Below, piece by piece: positions 24,553 through 36,478 of a stretch of DNA of 64,000 bases. The stretch spans positions 5,766,001-5,830,000 of the forward strand of contig CM022673.1 in NCBI GenBank assembly GCA_012295275.1. The letters run 5' to 3'. The DNA is from Chrysomallon squamiferum (lineage: Eukaryota > Animalia > Mollusca). The notes under the pieces were generated by a model. The model did no database searches, had not been told where the DNA came from, and was given only the letters and a program-made list of their open reading frames with translations. The translations under genes and the position numbers were made by a program. Position 1 is the first letter of the stretch; the number at the start of each line of letters is the position of its first letter.

Positions 24553-26151
24553 TTATAAATTTGGATTCAGAGAACACGGTCGCCTAAATTCCTGTCCTCG
24601 TTCATTAATCCATTTTGTAAAGACCCACTTAGAACCAACAGCAACTGGACAAGCTGCATGTATTGTCTCATGTATACCTTTACCATTCGTGTACAAATTG
24701 TACCAAAATACTGCCGCACCCTTTTCTGGGTACATTTTCACACCAAGCACAGGAAACACAGTGGCTCCTCCTGCAGTTACATCACTCATATAGCTGAGCC
24801 AGGTAGCAATTCGGTTACCTTGATGCATCACGTCTTGCCAGTAGTAATCATCTTCTGCAGCGAAATCGTAATGTTGTTCATAGTGTCCACCTACTCCATA
24901 ATTTGCTACCTGTAGCGACTCTGCCGTGTCTAACGTCAGGCCGGTTATTGCTGCTATTCTTCTGGATATTCTGTCAACAATTACGTTTTGATTCGGGTTT
25001 ATCCAAGTGTGTTTACAAGTTCTATACAATATAGATTCCATTTGCTCCGTGTCAGGATTTTGTTCCTTAGCTCTGAGTAAAACGGTCGCCGACTGTGATT
25101 TCATTACGTCGATTTCACTGTCACTGACAACTTCGTGGTAGATGACGATCTTAGGGTGCAGGTGTAGCTCTTCCTCTTTCGCAGGTTGAATAATTAACAA
25201 CGGGTGATTGTTGTTGGTATGGTAACGGCATCGTAAAAGAGCTTTAACTTGCACTTTTATGTCTTTGTCACGACAGAGAGCTTCATAATTAAGATATATA
25301 TCCGTCTTTTTGTGTTCTTTTAAAATTCGCTCGTTTTTAATGGGAATAGCTTCTCCTTGTCGAAGTCTTGTTTGCTTTTCTACCCTCTCAATCTTTTTTT
25401 CAAAATAAGCTTTGTACAACAAAGCTTGCCTATATCTAGGATTTGTTTTCAGTATTTCGTTTGTGAGTGACAAGGCATGTCTGATGTTACCCTGTTTTCT
25501 GGTAGCATTGATAAAATATTTTAAAATCTTCAGTCGACTGATCGTTTTCTTCGCTTCATTCTGCTCTCTTTCAAGAGCAGTCTTCATCCATAAATGTGTG
25601 TGATAATAATCTTTATTTTTATAAGCAAGCCGACCTAAATGAAAACAGTCTTCTGCCGAGAGTGGATGAAAGTAGTGTCCGTTGATGTAACCTTCTGCAA
25701 TGTGTGTTGTGTTTAACTGGTAAGTGTCTTGAACTCGAAACATTGATTCAACTACACCTTCCAGATCTTCATAGTTGGGGAGATTTTGACGTAAAATGTC
25801 CACCTCATTTTGAAGATCTTGTGACATCCGAACAGACTTAAGTATATTAACAACTACTCGATCCCAGTCTAAAGTAAAACGTTTTACAAACAAAAATGCA
25901 CCAAGTGGGTTAGCTATGTAATAGTACGGATTTTTCAAGGCCTTTGAATTATGATTTTGCATGTTTTCTAAAACTGATTTTAATTTGTCCTGCTCTTTTT
26001 CTTTCTTAAAACTTTCTATGTAACGTTTCAATATTTTTATCATCGACTGCTCGATATTCACCGAATTCTGTAAATGTTCCACTGATGTAAATAAATCGGC
26101 GTAAGTTGTAAATAGGCATAGCATTAGTAAAATCAACAGTTTGATGATCAT
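24553..26151 (-). CDS. P4HA: Prolyl 4-hydroxylase alpha subunit-like, copy A, intronless CDS, 532 aa
   Basis: The first ATG is at 26151 (the track starts at an upstream TTG). It has a signal peptide, N-domain (DLFTS..NPLGAFLFVKRFTLDW), TPR-like substrate-binding domain (LSAEDCFHLGRLAY), and catalytic HYD, HAACPV and GSKW motifs ending RPC. Acceptor at 26172/26171; probable 5' UTR exon near 26742-26800. Confidence 0.95.
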   Translation of the reverse strand: MIIKLLILLMLCLFTTYADLFTSVEHLQNSVNIEQSMIKILKRYIESFKKEKEQDKLKSVLENMQNHNSKALKNPYYYIANPLGAFLFVKRFTLDWDRVVVNILKSVRMSQDLQNEVDILRQNLPNYEDLEGVVESMFRVQDTYQLNTTHIAEGYINGHYFHPLSAEDCFHLGRLAYKNKDYYHTHLWMKTALEREQNEAKKTISRLKILKYFINATRKQGNIRHALSLTNEILKTNPRYRQALLYKAYFEKKIERVEKQTRLRQGEAIPIKNERILKEHKKTDIYLNYEALCRDKDIKVQVKALLRCRYHTNNNHPLLIIQPAKEEELHLHPKIVIYHEVVSDSEIDVMKSQSATVLLRAKEQNPDTEQMESILYRTCKHTWINPNQNVIVDRISRRIAAITGLTLDTAESLQVANYGVGGHYEQHYDFAAEDDYYWQDVMHQGNRIATWLSYMSDVTAGGATVFPVLGVKMYPEKGAAVFWYNLYTNGKGIHETIHAACPVAVGSKWVFTKWINERGQEFRRPCSLNPNL

Positions 26152-27446
26152 CTTCCCATCCAAATTACTGTCTGAAATTAATAAACAAATAAATATATAA
26201 CCTATCTGTGTGTATTAGCTTAGTTTTCTTTCTAAATTTTAATAATAAAAGATTTTAGCAGAGACTACGTCTAATTATTATTATTATTATTATTATTATT
26301 TAATTTTGAGCATGATTATAATTATGCTAAATTCTAATTCATCCATTTAGTTATTTATAATATCTAGCGTGTAGAAAAATGTTTATAAGACTGAGTCGTC
26401 AGCGCAAATGATATTTACATAATGAAAATATTTCTTTACTTTTAGTGAGGAACTGGATTACGAATGTAAGTAAGTGTATAAATGATTCAGTCACGAATAT
26501 GATAACGTCATAACGTCAGTCAAATTAAAATATAACTCTTATTTAATTTTTAATTTTTAAAAAATATTTTATTATTGCTATTATTCTTTAAAATTTAGCG
26601 AAATGTTTCGGTTTTTACTTTCCATTTTACAACAATATAACATTAGAACTTTTGAATATGAATATTATTAACAGTTAGTTAAAGCACTTTACTATAAAAT
26701 ACTTTAGAATTTGATATATTAAATTTATTTTACATTACTACCTTCGATGAAAGATTATGGTTTTGTCCGTCGAAAATCAAACATAATTAATAATGATCTC
26801 CCTTTAATTAACAGGAGATAACTCCGTGTATTCGCACCAGCTTCTGAAATTATTTTATCCGACTCGATGAAATGTTTTTTTTTTTTTTTTTTTTTTTTTA
26901 AGACTATATTAATTAGTATATATGCATGTTGGTGTGGAGGAATTACAGAGGAAATATATTTGCTGTTTTATTATATTGTAACAGAAATCTGAAGAAAATT
27001 CCAAAGAATGCACCTTACTTTGAAATCCGAAATTATAATTCAGATATCAGATCATTTGTCCTGAAAGTTTGGTACCGGAGCCTAGCTCTTTCTCTGGATT
27101 CTTGTGTTTTCGGGACCAAGCTTAATATATACTTAAAATATAAAATAAACAGTGAAAAGTAAAGAAAGAAATTACATTTGACGGGTAAAAATTAATAATA
27201 CCTTTTTAATGCCGGTTTAAGGTATATACTTGAAATAGAAAATAAACACTGAAAGTAAAGAGCTAAACTGTATTTAACTCATACAGATTAGAACCCCTTT
27301 AATGCCTATTTTCCGTTTTCTGGAAGCTGAATAAATGGTCTAAGTAGATACAGTTATATTATCAGCTGGTAGGTCATACCCGTTTGTTTTGGTAACATAT
27401 TTCAAGAAAACTGAACACTGACATTTTATACTCTATGAACCTTTAC

Positions 27447-27448
<2 letters not shown>

Positions 27449-27526
<78 letters not shown>
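27449..27526. repeat. (GA)n microsatellite
   Basis: Direct inspection. Confidence 0.95.
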
Positions 27527-27530
<4 letters not shown>

Positions 27531-28261
27531 TAAAAATCTAACTTCACCTCCCCAAAAATCCACACGTAAAAAAAAAAAAAAAAAAAAAAACCCAAAACCC
27601 CACTAAAAAAAAATAAAAAAAAATAATAATAAAAAAATAATCTTAAATCTGTATTGTGTTTCACATACACACATATCAAATACAAAGAAATAGCTCACAC
27701 ACTACAACAAATTCAATATGTTTGTTAACATATTGTTTTATTTACGAAAACTGTAAAAAAAGAAACCCCAAAACAACAACAACAACAACAAAAAAAAAAA
27801 ACAAGTTAGGATTCCTGAGTATTCCTAGCAGTAACAAACAACAACAACAGTAATAAATTTTAACAGTAGATGTAGCTGTAAACGACGAATATAAAAAATA
27901 AGTGAAACAAAGAAAGAAGAAGAAGATGGTGAAAAGCCTGTCTTAACACGAACATCTGTTATAACGCTACAACATTTTTATTGTTTGAATTTTCGTTAGC
28001 TGTTTATGGAGATCGATATCGCATTCAAAACACAAAACCAATTAAATAAGAATCACACTGGAATCTGTACTGGTTGCTTCATTCTTCGGATATGTTGGTT
28101 TCAACAGATAAGCATGGGGGAAAAAAATCAATAAAAATAAAAATAAAAATAAAATTTAAAAAAAAGGGAAAAGAGAATAAAGAAAGGTGAAAAAAGTGAA
28201 AGAATAGAAGGGATATCAAAAAAGGTAACTGAATGTCCATCTTTATTCTTGCCACTGCAAA

Positions 28262-29859
28262 CTATAAAACTGGATTCAGAGAACACGGTCGCCTAAATTC
28301 CTGTCCTCGTTCATTAATCCATTTTGTAAACACCCACTTAGAACCAACAGCAACTGGACAAGCTGCATGTATCATCTCGAGTATACCTTTACCATTCGTG
28401 TACAAATTGTACCAAAATACTGCCGCCCCCTTTTCTGGGTTAATTTTCACACCAAGCACAGGAAACACAGTGGCCCCTCCTGAAGTTACATCACTCATAT
28501 AGTTCAGCCAGGTAGCCATTACGTTACCTTCTACTAACGTAATGGTCCAGTAGGAATCAGATTCTAAAGCAAAGTCGTAATGTTGTTCATACTGTCCACC
28601 TAGTCCGTAATCTGCCACTTGTAAGGACGCCGACATATCTAATGTCAGGCCGCTTATAGCTTCGATTCTTCTGGATACTCTATCAATAACTGAGTTTTGA
28701 TTCGGTTTTATCCACGTGTGTTTACAAGTTCTGTACAACACAGATTTCATCTGATCTGTAGCCAGATCATTCTCCTTAGCTGTGTGTAAAATGGACGACG
28801 AATATGTTTTAATGGCGTCGATCTCAGAGTCTCGGACAACGTCGTGATAGATGACGAGTTTAGGGTTCAGGTGCAGCTCTTCCTCTTTCGCAGGTTGAAG
28901 AATTAACAACGGGTGGTTGTTGTTCGTATAGTAACGGCATCTTAAAAGAGTTTTGTCTTCAACTTTTAGTTCTTTACCTTGACACAAAGCTTCATATTGA
29001 AGAAATGTGTCAGTTAATTTGTGATCTTTTAAACCTCGCTCGTTCCTGATGGGAATTGTTTCTCCTACTCCAAGTGCTTTAACCTTTTCTGTCTTCTTAA
29101 TCTTTTCTTCAAAATAAACTCTGTACTTCAAAGCTCGCTTGTGGTTCGGAGCTATGTTCAATATTTCATTTGTGAGTGACAGGGCATGTCTGATGTTACC
29201 TTGATTTTTAGTCGCGTTGATAAAATAACTTAAAATCTTCAGTCGACTAATCGTTTTGTTTGCTTCAGTCTGCTCTCTTTCAAGAGCAGTCTTCATCCAT
29301 AAATGCGCGTGATAATAATCTTTATTTTTATAAGCAAGCCGACCTAAATGAAAACAGTCTTCTGCCGAGAGTGGATGAATGTAGTGTCCGTTGATGTAAC
29401 CTTCTGCAACGTGTGTTGTGTTTAACTGGTATGTGTCTTGAACTCGAAACATTGATTCAACTACACCTTCCAGATCTTCATAGTTGGGAGATTTTGACGT
29501 AAAATGTCCACCTCATTTTGAAGATCTTGTGACATCCGAACAGACTTAAGTATATTAACAACTACTCGATCCCAGTCTAAAGTAAAACGTTTAACAAACA
29601 AAAATGCACCAACTGGGTTAGCTATGTAATAGTACGGATTTTTCAAGGCCTTTGAATTGTGATTTTCCATGTTTTCTATAACTACTTTTAATTTTTCCTG
29701 CTCTTTTTCTTTGTTAACACTTTCTGTGTAACGTTTCAATATTTTTATCATCGACTGCTCGACATTAACCGAATTCTGTAAATGTTCCACTGATGTAAAT
29801 AAATCGGCGTAAGTTGTAAATAGGCAAAACGTGAATAAAATCAACGGTCTGATGGGCAT
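28262..29859 (-). pseudogene. P4HA: Prolyl 4-hydroxylase alpha subunit-like, copy B, with a single 1-bp frameshift (recent pseudogene or consensus error)
   Basis: ORFs 29461..29859 and 28262..29452 are the two halves. Copy A reads tagttggggag and copy B tagttgggag (G3 at 29486-29488). Adding one base gives 1599 nt, exactly the length of copy A, with HYD, HAACPV and K intact and no other lesion. Confidence 0.75.
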
Positions 29860-29945
29860 TTTTCCATTCGAATGTGCAGGTCTGAAATATAAAAAGATAA
29901 ATAAAAATAAAAATATGAGATATTTGTCTGATGATGATGTTGAAG

Positions 29946-29977
<32 letters not shown>

Positions 29978-30358
29978 GTTAAAAATGATCATAATTATGT
30001 CAAAGCAACATGGAAGTAGATATTTTTTTAACAAAAATAAAAACGTCATTGTTAATTCAGAAAAGTTGATTTTCTACAGTGATTTTTGCTACTGAGACGA
30101 TAGATAAGTATAATTATAATTCTTTTTAGGGTTTCATTTTAACACAAAAATTTCCTATTTACTTATTTCCAAAAGTAACATATTATTATTTATACTTATT
30201 CATTGGCTGGCTACCTCGACCTAGATTGAGGATTAAATTGTGACCGATATTCTAGAAATTCAATGAGTGTTCTAAGAACGTTTGGTGCCTTTTTGGTCCA
30301 TTCATATGCGGTGTAAGTTTTTAACATTGTTGCATATTTAAATTAAAAAAATGACAGC

Positions 30359-30396
<38 letters not shown>

Positions 30397-31987
30397 GATT
30401 TCAGGTTCCATTATCTGACAGGATATTCCTAGACATCAGAATCTCTCTGCAACCTCTTTCCATTGAACATAAATGACGTCACGCTTCGTCACGTAACACT
30501 TTGTTAGCTTGAAGATGTTTTTTGTTTGTTTGTTGTTATTGTTTTCAAAACCAGGCAAAATGTTCGATGGATTTTTGTGAAACTGGTCTATCATATTAAT
30601 ACAAAAGTGCACAGATTACGTAATAAATGTAATATGTAGCTACCAAGTTATCGTCAGTGTTTTTAATTTTATATTTATATTTTTTATGATAGTTGCTCTT
30701 TAAATACAAGTTCATTTATTTATTTATTAAATTTTATTGTAAATTATGAACGAATAGTATAAGAAAACAGCCATTAAGACTGAGTTCACAGCGCCAAGTA
30801 TGTTTACTTAACTTATACCTATTTTTTTTTTTAAAGTCTTCCTTTTTTTAAACAACTGAAATATATGTGTCTTAGTATACATATTTATTAAGTCTATAAA
30901 TGGCTGAATGTATGCAATAACTTCGTAACTTCAGTAAAATTTTCTTTCTGAGATTTTAATTTTTTAAGTTAAGACTTAAATGGCATTTTTAGTCTTTTTT
31001 TTTTTTTTTTTTCCTATTTTATTCACATACGTACTCATAAAATGAGAAGTTCTTTTAATTTTTGTAGATAAACATTACTAATAATTAGTTGAAGCAGATT
31101 AAAATAAAACGCATAAAACTTTTATATACTAAATTCAAATTAGTTTACCTGTTTTGATGAAATGTTCTGATTTCGTCTGCTGAAAACAAAAATAATGATG
31201 CTCTCCCCTTTAGTTGAGGCGCGATAACTCTGTTTGGCTAAATGTCATATTGGATTTTAAATATTTTTTTTATTTTTATTTTTTATTTTTTTATTTATTT
31301 GTATGCCTTTATATAATGTCATATAAAATATCATAAAGATTTTTAGCTTTTGTAATCAGTGATTTATTTTTTTTCCAAACCTTTTTCAAAAATAAAATAA
31401 ATAACAGTGGAAGAGTCACTACGATGTTTCAGGCCTAGTTGATTTGACAAGCCAAAAAGTGTTTTGCTATGTTTCATATGAGCATTTTTAAATTTTTTCT
31501 TTCCGAGAAAAACATATAATTTGAATTTATATACTACATATTGAAGTATTATATTTAATAATTCAAATATTGTGAATGAACATATTAGACACAGACTGAA
31601 AATTAAGCACCTTTCATTCGTTCTTTTTCTGTTTTTGTTTTAGTATTATTTTGTTTTTCTGTTCAACAAGATATCGGGATTAAAAAAGAAAAAGAAAGAA
31701 AAAAAGAAGAAGAAAAAAGAAATATAAATGAATATATGTATATATGAATATATCAGTTTTAACTATCTCTAAAAATAGTCTTTCTTTTTTTTTCTTTTAT
31801 TTGAAAAGGGAAAATAAATTAGAAAAAAAAAAGTTAAAGTGAAAAAAGAAAAGAATTAATCTAGTCGAAAACAATTTTCTTACTTTTTTCTTCTCATTTC
31901 ATTTGCACTTTGATTTAAATAAATAAAAACAAGGCTTTTCAGCAGAAATTATATTTAAAAAAAAAGAAAAAAAAAAAAAAAAAGAAA

Positions 31988-32046
<59 letters not shown>

Positions 32047-33481
32047 AAATTAACTGGGAATAAATTAAATTCTCAGTTCTATTTATATTCTCCCGTCTGT
32101 GTTAACCGTTCTTATTTTATGACGTTCTGTCAGGTATATTTGATTACGACGAGCACAAGAAACTAAATTAAGCTGCCTCATTCGATCTTCCGCGCATAGT
32201 CTTTACACAAAGTAGTACACCGAATTTCATTATTTCGCAGGAACATTTACGTCAGAGATGAACAATTTGTCCTATCGTTCCAAGATCGTGTTTTCGTCGC
32301 TCGACTGAGAGCCATCGTTTTCGCGTAAAAAGAAGAGTTTTAATCAGCGGTATTATTCGCAGTTTCAGTCTACTTGCGACGTAATCGAATCAACCGAAAC
32401 TCAAGAGAGATTAATTCTAAGAAACAAATTATTTTAAACATAACAAGAAGCGGTGAAATGAAAATTTTTCATGGAACTATTTAAAACGAAAACTGGATTC
32501 GGTTTAAAAAGAAGAAGAAGAAGAAGAAAAAAATCTGCTGCAGTTATTAGATTCTTTTAAACAAGTTGTTTGTTCTTTACAACAATGTCGATCATCATAC
32601 AGTTTGTTATTTTTTTTTTTTTTTTTTTTTTTTTTATACATTACACGTTGGCATGTAGATATTCGAAATATTATAAGTATATTTAAGTCATTTATTTTTT
32701 TAAATTTATTTATTTAGCTATTTATATTTATTTTTTAGAATATATAACAATATTAGGTTCTTTTATGCAAATGTATATTTACTATTATTATTTACAATTT
32801 ATTATTATTATTATTATTTTCGTTTTTGATCGGTCCATACTACTTACTTATAGATTAGATTAAGTTTGCAATATATACAAAATAAAGGATGAGGAAAAAT
32901 TTATCTTCAAATTATACTCCCAGTCAAACCCCGAAAGTAAAACATTCATTAAAAAAAAAAAAAAAAAAAAAGAAGAATTATCAATTACCACAAAAAAGCC
33001 ATTACATCCGTCCATTACTTATACCTAAGTTATTTATTTTTATTTTTTATTTTTCCTTTTATTTTATTATTATTATTATTTTAGTTTTTTTTTTCCAGTT
33101 TATTTTCTCAATTTGTTTGTTCAGCTGCATAAAGAACACTGGATAATGTATCTATAAATAGCAACAACATGGACATAACCCCTAAGACAAGTACATACAC
33201 ATCAAGTTCGCTGCAAAAATATCGACATTTTAGTATCTGTTGATGTTTGTAGATAACTCGTTAATGTAATAATCCTCGGTAAATGTGTCTGAAACTTGCC
33301 TCAATCTGTGTTGTTTAGTAGAGCGCTGTAAAATTCCAGTAAAAGCTCGTTTCTGATTGGTCAGGAGTAGTAAATTAGTTCTTGGTGATAGGAAAAGGTT
33401 TAATGTCCAATAGTAATAATAATAATAAAAACAGTAACAATAACAGCAACATCAATACTAATATTACTGCTTAATAACTTC

Positions 33482-33531
<50 letters not shown>

Positions 33532-33566
33532 CAGCAACAATAATAGCTCTACTGCTACTACTACAA

Positions 33567-33618
33567 TTGTGTGATATGTCATTCATATTTAAGTTAGTTT
33601 TACTAGTTCTTTTGTTTT

Positions 33619-33698
<80 letters not shown>
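33567..33698 (+). repeat. Dispersed ~55-bp element followed by (CT)n, copy 1
   Basis: TTGTGTGATATGTCATTCATATTTAAGTTAGTTTTACTAGTTCTTTTGTTTTGGG + (CT)n. A near-identical inverted copy lies at 55601-55663. Confidence 0.8.
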
Positions 33699-33700
<2 letters not shown>

Positions 33701-34674
33701 CAGTACGCTGAGTCTACTAAACCCTCCATCTATTCATTCACTCCATCTGTCTTTCCATTCTAATGTCTGATAATAAATTGCATTCACTGAAATGAAAATT
33801 ATCTTTCTGTTTCAAGCTACCCCTCTTCATTATTTTTAGGGAAATTTAGACTTTCCTTTTCGTCGTGAATTGTACAGAAAGATATTTAGAAAAATAACTG
33901 CATACAGCAACGATTAAACTGTACATTTACAAAATTCTTTTAACTTGATTCAAAATCTGACTGATAGGTTTATCAATAACAACACGGTTTTCTAAAGTTG
34001 TAGATGGAATTATCATGTAACTTGTCAAATTTAATACCAGCTGGGCAGTATTTTATTTAGAAAAGATTAAAAAAAATACTTTGGATTTATGAATGTAATC
34101 TTTTAATAGCTTTGACGTTTTCGATTTTCAGTAAAATTTTTTATTCTATATTGCTATTATTATTTAATATAGTCATAACTGATTTTGTTTCCTGTTGCTT
34201 TTATTATTGTGGTTGTTGTTGTTGTTATTGTTATTGTTGTTGTGATTTTAATTATTTTGTTGTTGTCGTTATTGTAGGTTTTTTTTAATTGTTGCTGTTG
34301 TTTTTGTTGTTATTATTATTATATTTGTTGTTTCATTCATCTTGTACTTTCTCTCTCTTTTTCTTTTTTTAATTATTGTTGTTCTTGTAATGAGGTTATA
34401 TTTTCGATAATACCTGCATAAACTTTTTGTATGAAAATATGAAGGATACTACAACTTCTGCTGCAGCCACTGACAACAACAACAACAGCAACAACGATAA
34501 CAAAACTGAATGAATAAATAGCGATCGAAAAACAACAACATAACAAATCCAAAACACAAGAACAACAATTTTTTTTTTAAAGTGAAAAAAAAAAAAAAAA
34601 AAAGAAAAGAAAAAGAAAAAGAAATGAAGAAAAAATTAACCAGCTCCACACACCCTAAATAAACTAAAAAAAGT

Positions 34675-34691
34675 AATAATAATAAAATAAA

Positions 34692-34738
<47 letters not shown>

Positions 34739-34802
34739 TAATAATAACAATAATATTAACAATAACAATAACAATAACAACAACAACAACAACAACAACA
34801 AC

Positions 34803-34864
<62 letters not shown>

Positions 34865-34865
34865 G

Positions 34866-34897
<32 letters not shown>

Positions 34898-34900
34898 AAC
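34675..34900. repeat. (AAT)n/(AAC)n compound microsatellite
   Basis: Direct inspection. Confidence 0.9.
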
Positions 34901-36321
34901 AATCAACAACCAAGAAGTGAAAACATAGACTGGACGTTCATTAAACATCTCGAGCACCAAGGCGAAAATTATGCTCACACGCTTACACTGTATTTCGCTA
35001 AAGGCTACGCCAACGGACACTACTCATAGACCGGCATAGCGTCCTTCTGACTTGTCATTGCATCTTCAACGACGCCTTAATGTGGTGATTATCGTGTCAG
35101 CAGACGTGCTCAACGTCTCTTGATCTACACTTATCTCTCGTGTGTTGTCCTTGCAACATCTTCAGCGTGTTTGTACACTCTTACTTTGGTTGGGGATATG
35201 AGTAATCTTCTGCATTTCCAACATGAAAATGTTTAAGCACGTCTGTCGCGGATCAGTGAAGTGACCTCGCTAGAAGGTTTTGAAATTTGCTGCCACTACC
35301 ACTACCATTGCAACTACTACTACAATCCCTGCATTTATTGCGTACTGATACTGCTACTACTATTACTACTACTGCTGCTAGTGGTATTATTAGCGCAACA
35401 TCAACTACAACATGTTGCTTACTACGACTGTTACCGTTACTGGAGCAACTAGTCTAGTATATCTATTACTACAACAACAACTACCAAAACTACTACTAAT
35501 TATTCTACTACTACTACTTCTAATTATACGTCTACTGTTACTACTACAACCATTACTATTATTACAATAACTACAAAAACTGTCATTATTACTAGTACAA
35601 CAATACCACTACTATTACAACTACAGCTGCCACCTGTAAAACTATCATTACTACTATTACTACTACTACTACGACTGCGATTCTGCTATCGAATAAAAAC
35701 ATACAAATATCAAAAAAAAAAAAAAAAAAAAACGAAAGACAACTTTATCAAATATCTAAGCATCGTTCTTTAGCCGAACGTTAGAACTGTCGTTTATTTA
35801 CGGCTGTTTAACGAATGCCAAACGCATTCAGATCCTATCTCGTCTTCCGGGACCCATTTCCGCCGTCGGGATGGCTGAAAACGCGGACTAAAGATCGCAC
35901 ATCGACGAAGGCCGTGTCAAGCGATTCAGCCTGCGAGCTTGATAAATGCTACCGCTTCTTATAAATGTCAGACAAATCAATTAGTTTCTGGTTCTATTAT
36001 GTCCCTATGATTGTTGCAAAACAGCTTCAAAATACGTCATGCCTTTTAATTTTGTTCGATTTTATTTTTTTTTTTTTTTTGTACCACGTCAAGGAGTAAT
36101 GTTTGTTTATTAGCGCTTATCAAGTCGTTTAATTAAACTGGGTGGCAATTTGGGGTTTGAGAAATGTCTTCATTTATGGAGAAAGAAAATAACGAATGAG
36201 ATTACGGAAAGAGATATGGAATAAAAAGAAAGGAAGCGTTTGAGACTCTCACAAATAGTGTATAAAGTTAGATATACAGAGAGAAACAGACAGAGACAGA
36301 GACAGACATATAGACAGGCAG

Positions 36322-36378
<57 letters not shown>

Positions 36379-36402
36379 TAAATACGTTTATATATATTTT
36401 AA

Positions 36403-36478
<76 letters not shown>

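Noticed and set aside
24530-24915. Plus-strand ORFs overlapping P4HA (also 28233-28502) and the GPCR (46032-46534)
   Set aside because: Antisense shadows of real coding sequence.
29455-29495. Programmed ribosomal frameshift in P4HA copy B
   Set aside because: No X-XXY-YYZ slippery heptamer, and the paralog shows it is a simple 1-bp homopolymer deletion.
34449-35020. Poly-Leu/Ile/Val ORFs resembling membrane proteins (also 20925-21741, 33400-33582, 53172-53396)
   Set aside because: Stop-free frames of (AAT)n/(AAC)n/(GAT)n repeats.
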